A DNA stretch of 64,000 nt from an uncultured delta proteobacterium. Lineage in GTDB: Bacteria > Myxococcota_A > Polyangia > Polyangiales > Polyangiaceae. The notes under the pieces were generated by a model, which worked only from the letters and a program-made list of their open reading frames with translations, ran no database searches and had not been told where the DNA came from. The stretch spans positions 192,001 through 256,000 of the forward strand of contig CAVQUB010000012.1 in NCBI GenBank assembly GCA_963716725.1. The letters are read 5' to 3'. Of this stretch, positions 10,019 to 19,058 are shown one piece after another (position 1 is the first letter of the stretch; each line of letters starts with the position of its first letter). Both the position numbers and the translations under genes were made by a program.

Positions 10019-10730
10019 TCAGGGCGCGTAGGCGCGCCCGGCGAGCTCCTCGCCACAGGTCACGCACTTCTGAGGCGTATGCTCCCGATGGTAGACCTGG
10101 GCGCAGTTCGGGCAGAGACGGGCGTCTCGCTCGAAAGAGATCGCGTTGTCGGTGGCCGCGCAGTGCGCGCCCCGCGATCTGAAGGCTCTCGACCGGGACG
10201 AGAGCCCCGTCCGAGTCCTTGGGCTCGGGCAACCCGTCCGAGTCGCGCCCCTTCACGTCCATGGCGTCGGGGACCCGCAGCACGGCCTCCTTCAGAATCC
10301 ACGCGACGGCCTGGGGATGGAGCCCGAGCGACATCGAGAGGGTGGCGTCCTCGCTCTCCAGCAGCAGTTGCTTGCCCTCGATGGCGATGCGCGTGAGATC
10401 GCACCAGGCGATTCGGGTGAACTCGCGACCCATGCTCCACCGCTACGCCCACGGCGCCGACTCGGATTGGGTCGCCACTGACGTCGCTGAACCAGAGCGC
10501 TGCGCCCAGCGTGAGCGCCCCGCCGGCCACGAGGTACTGCGCCCAGGGCAAGGGCGGCGCGCGGACCCACTGGCCGTAGACGCCGGCGCCGAGGGCGAGC
10601 GCGCCGGCCATGCCAGCGACGCTCGACGGACGCGAGGTCCGGGTCGTGGCGCAGCAGCGAACCGGCGCTCCTTGCGCGAGACGGGCTCTGGCTTCGCGGT
10701 CTTCTTCTTGGCCTTCTTCTTGTCGGCCAT
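10019..10730 (-). CDS. Two-TM membrane protein with a C-terminal Cys/His zinc-finger-like domain, frameshifted
   Basis: Reconstructed across frames: MADKKKAKKK..., two hydrophobic segments, RIAWCDLTRIAI..., then HCAATDNAISFERDARLCPNCAQVYHREHTPQKCVTCGEELAGRAYAP-stop (10019). Confidence 0.65.
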
Positions 10731-10857
10731 CGGTACGGGGCGCGGAGCCTAGTTCATGCCCGGCAGAGAAGTAAAGCATCCTCGGCAGGGGTTGCCAAGA
10801 CCCCGGTCCGGCCCAAAACTAGGGAGCCGTGTCGTCCGTGCTCTTTCCGCTGGGCTG

Positions 10858-10960
10858 TTCGTGCTTCGTACTTTCGGGATTCAGCTGTGGCTGCTGCCCC
10901 GGCTCGGGGTCAGACACCTGAATGGTTCCGAATCCGCGTCGGTCGACGCGCAAGCACGAA
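10858..10960. ncRNA. Candidate structured RNA or regulatory element in a divergent intergenic region (unassigned)
   Basis: Nested complementarity: TTCGTGCTT/AAGCACGAA, TTCGGG/TCCGAA, ATTCAG/CTGAAT, TGT/ACA, CTG/CAG, CCCCG/CGGGG, plus side hairpin CGCGTC/GACGCG. Confidence 0.35.
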
Positions 10961-10989
10961 TCCGAGGGCTGTGAGACCATGAAGCGCTA

Positions 10990-12312
10990 GTGCGCCCGAG
11001 CCGCCTCCTCTTGCTTGCTCTGCCGCTCGCGACGGTGGCGGTCATCGTGTTTGCGATCTTCGTGGCCGGCGGACCCCGCGCCTACCACGGCGTTCGGGTG
11101 TTCGGTGGTCCCACTGAGGGGGCGTCACGCCTCTCGCTGAGGCTCTCCGCGGTCGAGCGCTTCATGGAAATCGAAGCGCCGTCTCGCGGCGGAGAGATCA
11201 CCGTCGAGGCCCGCTTTGGCGACGGGCGAAGCACGACTGCGCGCGCGACTCCCGACGAGATGGGCAACGCCAGTGTGGTTTTGGAGACGGGCAGCACGGT
11301 ACGCGGGCCGGTGGCCCTGACCGCGACCAGCTCGCTGGGAGTGCTCGCGAAGGGCTCGCTCTCGCTGGCGCCCGAGCAGTGGGCGGCGCGCGCCCGCGAG
11401 CAAGGTGGATGGCTGCGCGGGCGACAGGCTGGGGCGCTGACGATCCGCGCGGCGCCGACCCGCGGCGCGTTTGCGATCCCGTTTCCAGATCAGCTGCGAG
11501 TCGAGATCGAGCGGGCCGGCGGACCGGTGGTCGGTGCGCGGATCAGCGTCGAGGTCGAGGGCGCGACCGTGGTTGGAAACCCGGCTCCCACCGACGCCCG
11601 GGGACGCTCGACCCTCACGCTGGCGCCCATCGATCACATCGTTTCCCTGACGCTCACGGCGATGACGGAGGCCGGCGAGAAGGGCACGTTCACCGGCTTC
11701 GTGCCCATCTCGGTGGGCGCGCTGCGCGCAGCGGAGCAAGACGGCCAGCTGCGCGTCGAGTCCGCCGTCGAGCGCGACGTCAGCTACTTCGCCGTCATCA
11801 GCGCGAGCGAGCGGCTCGCAGGCGGTGTGGTCGCCATGAGCCCCAACGGGCGTGGTGGCTCCGTGGGTCTCGCGCCGCTGCCGCCGCTCCCCCCGGTGCC
11901 GCTGTGGGCCGTCGTCTCCGGGGAGCCCGAGCTCGACTCGGCCTCGACGGTGGGGTGGCCGCTCCGCGAGCCCGCCGAGGGCGAAATGGCTCGGACCCGC
12001 GCGGTGCCTGACCAACTCCTGCTCGACGGGCTGACCCTCGGCTTTGGCGCCGAGACCGCGCGCCGGCAGAAGGCTCGCTGGGTGGCGTTGGGATTCACGC
12101 TGCTCGCAGCGCTGCTCGCGGCTGCTCTCCTGGTGCGCGAAGGCCAGCGCTCCGCGAGCGAGCTCGATCGACATCTCTTGGCGGCAGGCGCCGATCCCGT
12201 CGAGCGACGAGAGCAGGCGAAGGAGCGCTGGCTCGGGCTCGTCGTCGCGGTCCTCTGCGTGGCCATGGGGTTCTCGGTGCTGCTACTCGTCGCGCTGTAT
12301 CGAATGGGATAG
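10990..12312 (+). CDS. Hypothetical membrane protein (N-terminal anchor, beta-rich extracytoplasmic region, two C-terminal TM helices)
   Basis: 440-aa ORF with hydrophobic segments at the N-terminus and twice near the C-terminus; co-oriented with the next genes. Confidence 0.7.
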   Translation: MRPSRLLLLALPLATVAVIVFAIFVAGGPRAYHGVRVFGGPTEGASRLSLRLSAVERFMEIEAPSRGGEITVEARFGDGRSTTARATPDEMGNASVVLETGSTVRGPVALTATSSLGVLAKGSLSLAPEQWAARAREQGGWLRGRQAGALTIRAAPTRGAFAIPFPDQLRVEIERAGGPVVGARISVEVEGATVVGNPAPTDARGRSTLTLAPIDHIVSLTLTAMTEAGEKGTFTGFVPISVGALRAAEQDGQLRVESAVERDVSYFAVISASERLAGGVVAMSPNGRGGSVGLAPLPPLPPVPLWAVVSGEPELDSASTVGWPLREPAEGEMARTRAVPDQLLLDGLTLGFGAETARRQKARWVALGFTLLAALLAAALLVREGQRSASELDRHLLAAGADPVERREQAKERWLGLVVAVLCVAMGFSVLLLVALYRMG

Positions 12313-12323
12313 CCTGCTCGCCC

Positions 12324-13347
12324 GTGCGGACCATCCTCGTTCTTCTGCTCACCAGCGCGCTGGCGGCCTGCGCTGCCGGTGGCGCAGGCCCCGCCACCGC
12401 GGCTCCACGCAAGAAGCCCGCACCGCAGCCCGCGTCGGTCGTGCGCAACCCCGCACCGCTGGCCCTCGGCGAGCACAACGTCGACCGCGTGAAAAAGGTC
12501 TGGGAAGCGGCCGCGGGCGGCTACGGTCGGGCGGTCGCGTTGAGCCGCTCCCTCGGCCGCGTCGCCTTTGCAAACAAAGAGGGCGTGGAGCTGTTCGAGC
12601 TCGCCAGCGGAAAATCGGCGGGGCGCGTCCAGCGCTGTCGCGATGTGGTGCGCGGTGGGCTCGCCTTCCACGGCACGGATCTGATCATCGTCTGCGAGAA
12701 GTCGGTGGTGCGAGTGAACGCACATCGGCGCACGGATTCGCCGGACCTCGCGGTGAATGCCGCACCCGTCACGGCGGCGACCTTCGTTGGCTCGCGCATG
12801 GCGCTCGGGCACCGCGACGGCGTGATCCGCGTCTACGCACTCGACGGAGGAGCCACCACCGAGGTGCGGGTTCCGGGGCCCCCCATCGATGTCAAGAGTC
12901 TTTCACTGACGCGCGACGGCTCACGCTTGGCCGTGGCCTGGGTTCAGGGCTCGATCTGGTGGTGGGATTCTGGCGAAGCCCGACGCATTTCACGACCTCG
13001 TCCGCCACGAGCAAGAGTCCGACGCGCTGGCGTTCAGCGGCGACGGTGCGCTCCTGGCCGAAGAGGGCGCTCCCAACGCCATCACGCTCTGGCAGCTTGG
13101 GGCCGCGCCCAGCGCGAAGGCGAAGGTCAAGCACGGCAGCTGGGTGAAACGCATCCTGTTCACCAGCGACGGCAAGTGGCTGGTGCGCGCCGGCTCCGCG
13201 GGCCTCGAGCTGGCCGAGATCGGGGGCCCCAAGCGCGTCGCCCTCGACACCCGTGATCCGGTGGAGGACGCGGCCTTCGACGAAAACTCGGCCGCCCTCG
13301 GCGCCGTCGACCGCCAGGGGCGCCTGACAGTTTGGGTAGTGCGCTGA
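12324..13347 (+). CDS. WD40-like beta-propeller lipoprotein, one apparent +1 indel near 12968
   Basis: Lipobox LAAC. Repeats DGVIRVY, SLSLTRDGSRLAV...GSIWWWD, then in the shifted frame ALAFSGDGALLA...ITLWQ, ILFTSDGKWLV and GRLTVW. Confidence 0.8.
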
Positions 13348-13433
13348 AGATCTTTTCGGGGAGCCGGCCGTTCAATGGAGACATGGGCACCCTGAGTTCG
13401 GAGCCCGACGACCAAAGCCCGGAGAAAAAGGCC

Positions 13434-14285
13434 ATGAATCGCCGACGTTTGCGCATGTTCGTCGCCGCGCTGGCGACCGTGGCTCTGCTGCTTGGGGTTG
13501 CAGCGGCCGCGGCCCAGAGCCGGGTCTGGCGCCGACCCCCACCCCCCCGGCCGCAGTTCTCCGTCGCGGTCGAAGATGGCGGTGGCAACCCGCTCAGGAC
13601 CTACAGCCATCGCGGCACCACCTGGGTCCTGGGCGAAGAAGGGGAGCGCTACGTCGTCGTCGTGCGCAACCCCTCGCCCGAGCGCGTCGAGGCCGTCGTC
13701 AGCGTCGATGGGCGCGACGTCTTGAGCGGGCGAGCCGCCGATTTCCGAAAGCATCGCGGCTACATCGTGCCGGCCTACGGCAGCGTTCGCATCGAAGGCT
13801 TCCGCCAGAGCCTCGATTCGGTGGCGACGTTCCGCTTCACGGACCCTTCGAACAGCTACTCGTCGCGCATGGGCACGCCGCAAAACGTGGGCGTGATCGG
13901 CGTCGCGGTGTTCCGCGAGAACGTGCGCGAGCAGGCCTTCGTGCCCGACGACGACTGGGGTTTCGACCGCCGTGGCCGCCGGCATCGCCCGGCGCCACCC
14001 AAGGCGTCGCGACCGAGCGGGGCCGCCCCGCGCGCCGAAGCGCGAGACAGCGACAGCAGCATCGGGACCGAGTACGGCGAGTCGCGCTCCAGCCGCGTGA
14101 TGCAGACCTTCTTCGAGCGCGCGACCTCGACGCCCGCCCGCGTCCTGACGCTCCGCTACGACGACGCCGAGGGGCTCCAGGCACGCGGCATCGAGGTGTT
14201 CGGGCGGCACTTCCGTCGCGTCCCGCCCCCCCGCCCCTTCCCCCAGGCCTTCGTCAACGAGCAGTTCGCACCGCCGCCTCCTTGA
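13434..14285 (+). CDS. Conserved exported hypothetical protein
   Basis: Signal peptide ending AAAAAQ. Core GERYVVVVRN...VVSVDGRDV...GYIVP...IEGFRQS...FRF...NVGVIGVAVFRE looks like a conserved family of unknown function. Confidence 0.75.
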   Translation: MNRRRLRMFVAALATVALLLGVAAAAAQSRVWRRPPPPRPQFSVAVEDGGGNPLRTYSHRGTTWVLGEEGERYVVVVRNPSPERVEAVVSVDGRDVLSGRAADFRKHRGYIVPAYGSVRIEGFRQSLDSVATFRFTDPSNSYSSRMGTPQNVGVIGVAVFRENVREQAFVPDDDWGFDRRGRRHRPAPPKASRPSGAAPRAEARDSDSSIGTEYGESRSSRVMQTFFERATSTPARVLTLRYDDAEGLQARGIEVFGRHFRRVPPPRPFPQAFVNEQFAPPPP

Positions 14286-14291
14286 CTGAAC

Positions 14292-15338
14292 TCACGGGCA
14301 GCTGAGGCGCCAGGCGTCCAGATCCCACGTCTTGATCAGCGTGGAGAAGCCCGCGATACTGCTCATGCCGCAGACGGAGCTCTTCTTCGCCGCGCCTTGG
14401 CTCGATTTGTCCACGTATTCGACGTGAAATACCGCCTTGTTCGCCTTGATGAAGGGAGCGAGCGTCGTGCACTCTGAGTACGACAGACACTCTTCGTTCA
14501 ACGCCCAGTCGAAGTGCGGCAGGAGGTCTGTCACGAGCTCGACGCTGTTCTTGAGGCCGACTGACAGACCGCGCGAGTGGGACTCGCTCGCCAGGAACTT
14601 GTTGTAGTCGATCTGGTTTGCCTTAGTGAGAGGGAAGCCCGAGTCGTTGGCATACCCGTCCACGTTGTCAGGTTCGACGCCATCGCATTTCTTGCTGACC
14701 GCGAGGTCGAGGCGCTTCTGCATCACGGCGCGCACGTTCGCCGAGCGAACGTCCAGCCAGTTCTCGCCGGGCCATCCGGCCAGACCCTTACCGTAGTCAC
14801 CCGCCTTGAAGTCCTTGGCGTCCGGTCGCCAGTCCTCGCGGCTGCCAGCGCTGAAGTAGCAGACGACGGTGCGACCCTTGGCGTGAAGCGCGTCGATCAC
14901 CGACTGCTGGGCGTCGACGAGGTCGATGTCGAACATCGTCGCGTCGACCGACGTGTCGATGCTGCCGGTGAGCTGCCACTGCCAGGTGGTCCCGGGTTTT
15001 GGTTGCCAGACGGAGGTTCCGCCACCGGTGCCGCCGGTGCCACCGGTGCCGCCGCCGCCGCCGGTCGCGCCGCCGCCGCCGCCGGTCGCGCCGCCGCTGC
15101 CGCCGCCGCCGCCGCCGGTCGCGCCGCCCGTGCCGGCCGCGCCGGAGGCTCCACCCGCGCCGCCGGAGCCTGCGCCGCCCCCGGAGCCTGCGCCGCCGCC
15201 GGAGCCTGCGCCGCCGCCGGAGCCTGCGCCGCCCCCGGAGCCTGCGCCGCCCCCGGAGGTCCCGCCACCGTCCGATTCTCCGCAAGCCTGCGCGCCCATC
15301 AGCGCCAAGCCCGCCACCACCATCGCCGCGTGCCGCAT
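14292..15338 (-). CDS. Endo-alpha-1,4-polygalactosaminidase (GH114) lipoprotein with a Gly-rich linker
   Basis: Lipobox GAQAC; TWQWQL, CYFSAGSREDWRPD, WPGENWLD, CDGVEPDNVDGY, GLKN, ALNEEC and KAVFHVEY. Confidence 0.9.
   Translation of the reverse strand: MRHAAMVVAGLALMGAQACGESDGGGTSGGGAGSGGGAGSGGGAGSGGGAGSGGGAGSGGAGGASGAAGTGGATGGGGGGSGGATGGGGGATGGGGGTGGTGGTGGGTSVWQPKPGTTWQWQLTGSIDTSVDATMFDIDLVDAQQSVIDALHAKGRTVVCYFSAGSREDWRPDAKDFKAGDYGKGLAGWPGENWLDVRSANVRAVMQKRLDLAVSKKCDGVEPDNVDGYANDSGFPLTKANQIDYNKFLASESHSRGLSVGLKNSVELVTDLLPHFDWALNEECLSYSECTTLAPFIKANKAVFHVEYVDKSSQGAAKKSSVCGMSSIAGFSTLIKTWDLDAWRLSCP
15163..15252 (-). repeat. Coding tandem repeat, 18 bp x5 (encodes GGAGSG units)
   Basis: CCGGAGCCTGCGCCGCC(C/G) occurs five times in tandem on the + strand. 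Confidence 0.9.
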
Positions 15339-15367
15339 CCCGGGATCATACCGTATGCTCCTGACTG

Positions 15368-16412
15368 ATGGCACTGGATCGCGCCCTCGAGCGATATCTC
15401 GCTGTCGCGCGCGCGGAACCCTTCGACTCTGAGGTCTGCGGTCGTTCTGCCAGCGCGCTGCTCGAGGCGACGGCGGCTGCTCCGCCCGAGGTCGCGGCTC
15501 GCGCGATCTCTGGAGCTCGCAGCCGACATCGAGCGTGACGGGGAGTCGGTGGTGCTCAGCACCGTGGTGGCCGGCGCGCTGATCGAACGCGGCGTACCCG
15601 GCGACGACTTCGAGCGCGCGTTGTTCCCTCGTCTGCTGCGTTGGCTCTCCGAGAGCGTGGAGTTGCTCGACGAGTTGCTCGCCAATCGGATGCCAGCGCC
15701 GAGTCTGGAGTCCGACGACGACGTCGACGAAAACGAATGGGTCGGCATTCGGCTCAGCGAAGAACGAGCCTGGGCGCTGGTGGGTGACACCCATCTCGCG
15801 GCCATCGCGTTGCTTGGCGCCAACCCGGCCGCGCGGGGGGCGGAACGCCGGCTCTTGCCCGCGCTTCGCCGCCTGGAGCCGTATCATCCCGGCGCCGCGT
15901 GGCTGCGGCAGATGCTCGACGTGCTCGACGACGAGCCGATTGTAGTCATCGACGTAGCGGGACGCCGCGGGGCGGCCGGAACGATGAGTGGAGTGGCGAG
16001 CAACTTCGAGCTATTCGTGCTCATCGCCCACGCGGCCACCGACATCGCTCTGCCGCGGCCGCCGGACGCGGCGGTGAGCTGCCTGATGGGGCACGGCGCG
16101 CAAGACTCCGGCATCGTGGTCGAGACCGCCTTCAACGCCTACGCATACTCGGGGCTCGGTCCAGAGGTCACGCTCCCCGAGCCCGGCGACTACGGCGGAT
16201 CGGCGCACTGGATTTGGGGCGAAGGGGAGCCCTGGGAGATCCCCGCCCTCGACGGAACGCGGGTGGTCCTCCTCGGGCCGCCCTCCTACGCCCGGCTCGT
16301 GCCGGCGCAGCGGACCTTCGCCTCACTGCGGGCCTGCCTCGCGCTCGAGGCGCTCTCCCCCGAGCAGGTCGAGACCTGGCTCGCGCGTGTGGTCCGGGCC
16401 AACGCCAACTGA
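15368..16412 (+). CDS. Hypothetical protein, probable indel near 15510
   Basis: MALDRALERYL... from ATG 15368 joins the frame of ORF 15549-16412 after a shift. C-terminal part reads LDDEPIVV...GVASNFEL...WIWGEGEPWEIPALDG.RVVLLGPP.Y. Confidence 0.65.
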
Positions 16413-16530
16413 GGGGCCGCGCGGCAAATTGCGCCTCAATGTGCCCAGATCGCACAACATTTTCGTGTGGGTTGCTTCCCGGACAGCCCCCGCGTAGCCA
16501 TGCGCGGTTTCCCCTTAGAGGAGGATTGAG

Positions 16531-18936
16531 ATGAAACTTCGAAAAACTGCGTTCGTTGCAACGTGCAGCGCGGCGGCCCTATTCCTTTCGGCTTGCGCTG
16601 GTGATGATGGGACCTCATCCCCCGGCGGAGGCGGCGGCGGCAGCGGCGGTGTGACCGGTGGAGCCGGTGGTGCCGGCGGTAGCGGCGGGGTGACCGGTGG
16701 AGCAGGCGGCGCGGGCGGCAGCGGCGGCAGCGTCGGCGGCAGCGGCGGCAGCGTTGGTGGCAGTGGTGGCACGGGCGCGACGGGCGGCTCGGGCGGCTCG
16801 GGCGGCGGGGACCCCGACAACGACGGCGACGGCTACCCCGAGTCCAAGGACTGCGACGACAGCAACAAGGACGTGAATCCTGGCGCGACCGAGGTCTGCA
16901 ACGGCGTCGACGACAACTGCGACACTCAGATCGACGAGGGCGTGAGCACCACCTACTACGTCGACGGCGACAGCGACGGCTACGGCGTCGACAGCGCCGG
17001 CACCAACAAGACGGCCTGCGCCCTCCCCACCGGCTACGCCGACAAGGCGGGCGACTGCGACGACAAGGAGAGCGCCTCGTTCCCCGGCAACGCCGAAGTC
17101 TGCGACGGCAAGGACAACGACTGCGCCAACGGCATCGACGACGGCGTTTCGAAGAACACCTACTACAAGGACAACGACGGCGACGGCTACGGCGGAGCGA
17201 CCACGCAGCAGGCCTGCACGCCGGCGGACGCCACCTGGGTGCTTCAGGGCGGTGACTGTGACGACGCCGACAAGGCGCGCTTCCCCGGCAACCCCGAGAT
17301 CTGCGACGGCAAGGACAACGACTGCGACAGCAAGACGGCCGAGCCGGGTCAGACCACGTACTACCAGGACAAAGACGGCGACACTTACGGCAACCCGGCA
17401 GTGAAGCAGTCCCTGTGTTCGGCAGCCCCGGCGGGCTACGTGGCCCAGGCCGGCGACTGCAACGACAACGACGCGAAGATCAACCCGCTGGCCATCGAGC
17501 TCTGCGACAACATCGACAACAACTGCATCAACGGCATCGACGAGGGCCCGGTGCAGGTCTGGCCGGACAAGGACGGCGACAAGTACGGCGACTCGAAGGG
17601 AACTTCGAGCTACCTGTGCGCAGTCAAGACCGGCTACGCCGACAACAACAAGGACTGCAACGACGCCAACAAGAACATCAATCCGGGCGCGACGGAGATC
17701 CCGGGCAACGGCATCGACGAGAACTGCGACGGCAGTGATACCCCGGCCGGCACCTTGTGCGGCAAGGACACAGTCGCGGCAACCACCAAACCGTACTACT
17801 ACCCAGGCTCCCTGGGACTTGGTGACGTGACCACCGGCGGTCCGATGGGTGCGAACTTCTACTGGGACGACGTGGAGGTCTCGTCGACCGCGGGTGAGAC
17901 GTTCACCATCATGTACGGCCGTCGCAACACGACGGCATTCACGCCGCGGCTGTACACGTATGGGCCCAACTCGTGCAGCGCAGGTGCGGCCGCCAGCTAC
18001 GCGTACTCGGATGGAAACCCGTCCGGTGCGTCGAAGACCCGGCGAGTCATCACGAACTCCGCGGCCGGCTACTACTACAACGCGCTGACCACCGCGGCGG
18101 CCAGCACCCAGGGCGCTTACCAATACGACGTCCTGCCCGGCAATCTGGGTGGCAGCTGCGGCAATTTGGGTTACACGGTCTGGCCGCTCGGTCGGCGCAC
18201 AGTCGATTCGCTGCTGACCGGCGACAACCCGCCTGCCAGCGGCTCGCCCGTCGGCGCCGGCTACAAGACGGTCGACGTCGAGGCCTACCTCGAGACCGCC
18301 AAGACCTACACCATCTTGCAGGGCGGCTCGACCTACGCGGATCGCTTGTACCTCTCCAAGGCCGGCGCCTGCGCCACCAGCCTCGGGACCGCGACCACGG
18401 GGATCAACAACTTCGGCGCGCGCTTGGTGCACACCACCACCTCGGCGGGCGTCTACACGGTCTGGGCGAGCAGCTTCAGCACGAACCAGACGGGCGCCTT
18501 CTCGGTCAACGTCGTCGAAGGCGACGTCGGCGGCTCCTGCTTCGCTGGAGCGGGTGCGGTCGCTGGCACCGGGGACACCTACGCGCTCTGGCCCCTCGGC
18601 GGGACGGTGTACGGAAGCCTGGCCATCGGCGATCGCGTCGGCGATTGGGGTAGCCAGCGCTACTTCGACGACTACGAGGTCTACATGGAGGCTGGCGAGA
18701 CCATCAAGGCCACCGTGAACACCACCAGCGGTACGAGCACACCGCGCGTCTACGTGACGCGGTACAGCGGCACGGCGGCGTCCTGCACGACGCTGTTGGC
18801 CAACTCGACGCAGACCTCGGGCACCACCGCGACGGTTTCGTACCCGGTCACGACCCCGGGCATCTACGTCATCAGCGCCACCAGCTACCTGAACAACAGC
18901 GGCGCCTTCAGCTACTCGCTCGCCACGAGCTACTGA
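16531..18936 (+). CDS. Surface lipoprotein with a Gly-rich linker, five MopE-type Cys/Asp repeats and three PPC-like beta-sandwich repeats
   Basis: RBS GAGGA and lipobox LSAC. Five DxDGDGY...DCDD...PG..E.C.G.D..C units. Three C-terminal units each with (G/D)SL..GD...D.E....(G)ET. Confidence 0.85.
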   Translation: MKLRKTAFVATCSAAALFLSACAGDDGTSSPGGGGGGSGGVTGGAGGAGGSGGVTGGAGGAGGSGGSVGGSGGSVGGSGGTGATGGSGGSGGGDPDNDGDGYPESKDCDDSNKDVNPGATEVCNGVDDNCDTQIDEGVSTTYYVDGDSDGYGVDSAGTNKTACALPTGYADKAGDCDDKESASFPGNAEVCDGKDNDCANGIDDGVSKNTYYKDNDGDGYGGATTQQACTPADATWVLQGGDCDDADKARFPGNPEICDGKDNDCDSKTAEPGQTTYYQDKDGDTYGNPAVKQSLCSAAPAGYVAQAGDCNDNDAKINPLAIELCDNIDNNCINGIDEGPVQVWPDKDGDKYGDSKGTSSYLCAVKTGYADNNKDCNDANKNINPGATEIPGNGIDENCDGSDTPAGTLCGKDTVAATTKPYYYPGSLGLGDVTTGGPMGANFYWDDVEVSSTAGETFTIMYGRRNTTAFTPRLYTYGPNSCSAGAAASYAYSDGNPSGASKTRRVITNSAAGYYYNALTTAAASTQGAYQYDVLPGNLGGSCGNLGYTVWPLGRRTVDSLLTGDNPPASGSPVGAGYKTVDVEAYLETAKTYTILQGGSTYADRLYLSKAGACATSLGTATTGINNFGARLVHTTTSAGVYTVWASSFSTNQTGAFSVNVVEGDVGGSCFAGAGAVAGTGDTYALWPLGGTVYGSLAIGDRVGDWGSQRYFDDYEVYMEAGETIKATVNTTSGTSTPRVYVTRYSGTAASCTTLLANSTQTSGTTATVSYPVTTPGIYVISATSYLNNSGAFSYSLATSY

Positions 18937-18973
18937 TCGCACCCCTCTGAGCAGAGCCCGACCTGGTCGGGCA

Positions 18974-19010
18974 GCGCGAGCCTCGGGATCCCCCGGGGCT
19001 CGCGTCATTT
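18974..19010 (+). terminator. Probable intrinsic terminator or stabilising hairpin after the MopE-repeat gene
   Basis: 14-bp stem GCGCGAGCCTCGGG / CCCGGGGCTCGCGT followed by CATTT. Confidence 0.5.
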
Positions 19011-19058
19011 GAGGGTGCGGGTGGGCGCGCTCGGAGCACGGCTCTAGACTCGCCCGTC

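Noticed and set aside
10829..10921. Possible small Cys-rich peptide ORF (VSSVLFPLGCSCFVLSGFSCGCCPGSGSDT)
   Set aside because: RBS spacing is poor, no modification or transport genes are nearby, and it overlaps the better-supported RNA structure.
10858..10960. Assignment of the structured element as SRP RNA or 6S RNA
   Set aside because: The minus strand has AGCAGCCA but lacks the CAGG...GNRA helix-8 geometry of SRP RNA. The element is too short and lacks the central bubble of 6S RNA. Left unassigned.
14926..15432. Pro-rich PPPEPA repeat ORF
   Set aside because: It is the antisense reading of the Gly-rich linker of the GH114 gene.
15001..17730. Repetitive DNA as a CRISPR array or mobile repeat
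   Set aside because: The repeats are in-frame Gly-linker and MopE-type coding repeats; there is no repeat-spacer structure and no cas gene.
16615..19008. 797-aa minus-strand ORF (also 6440-8389, 51757-54336, 58722-60848 and many Arg/Pro-rich ORFs)
   Set aside because: These are antisense or off-frame shadows of well-supported genes. Long stop-free frames are expected at this GC content and carry no motifs.
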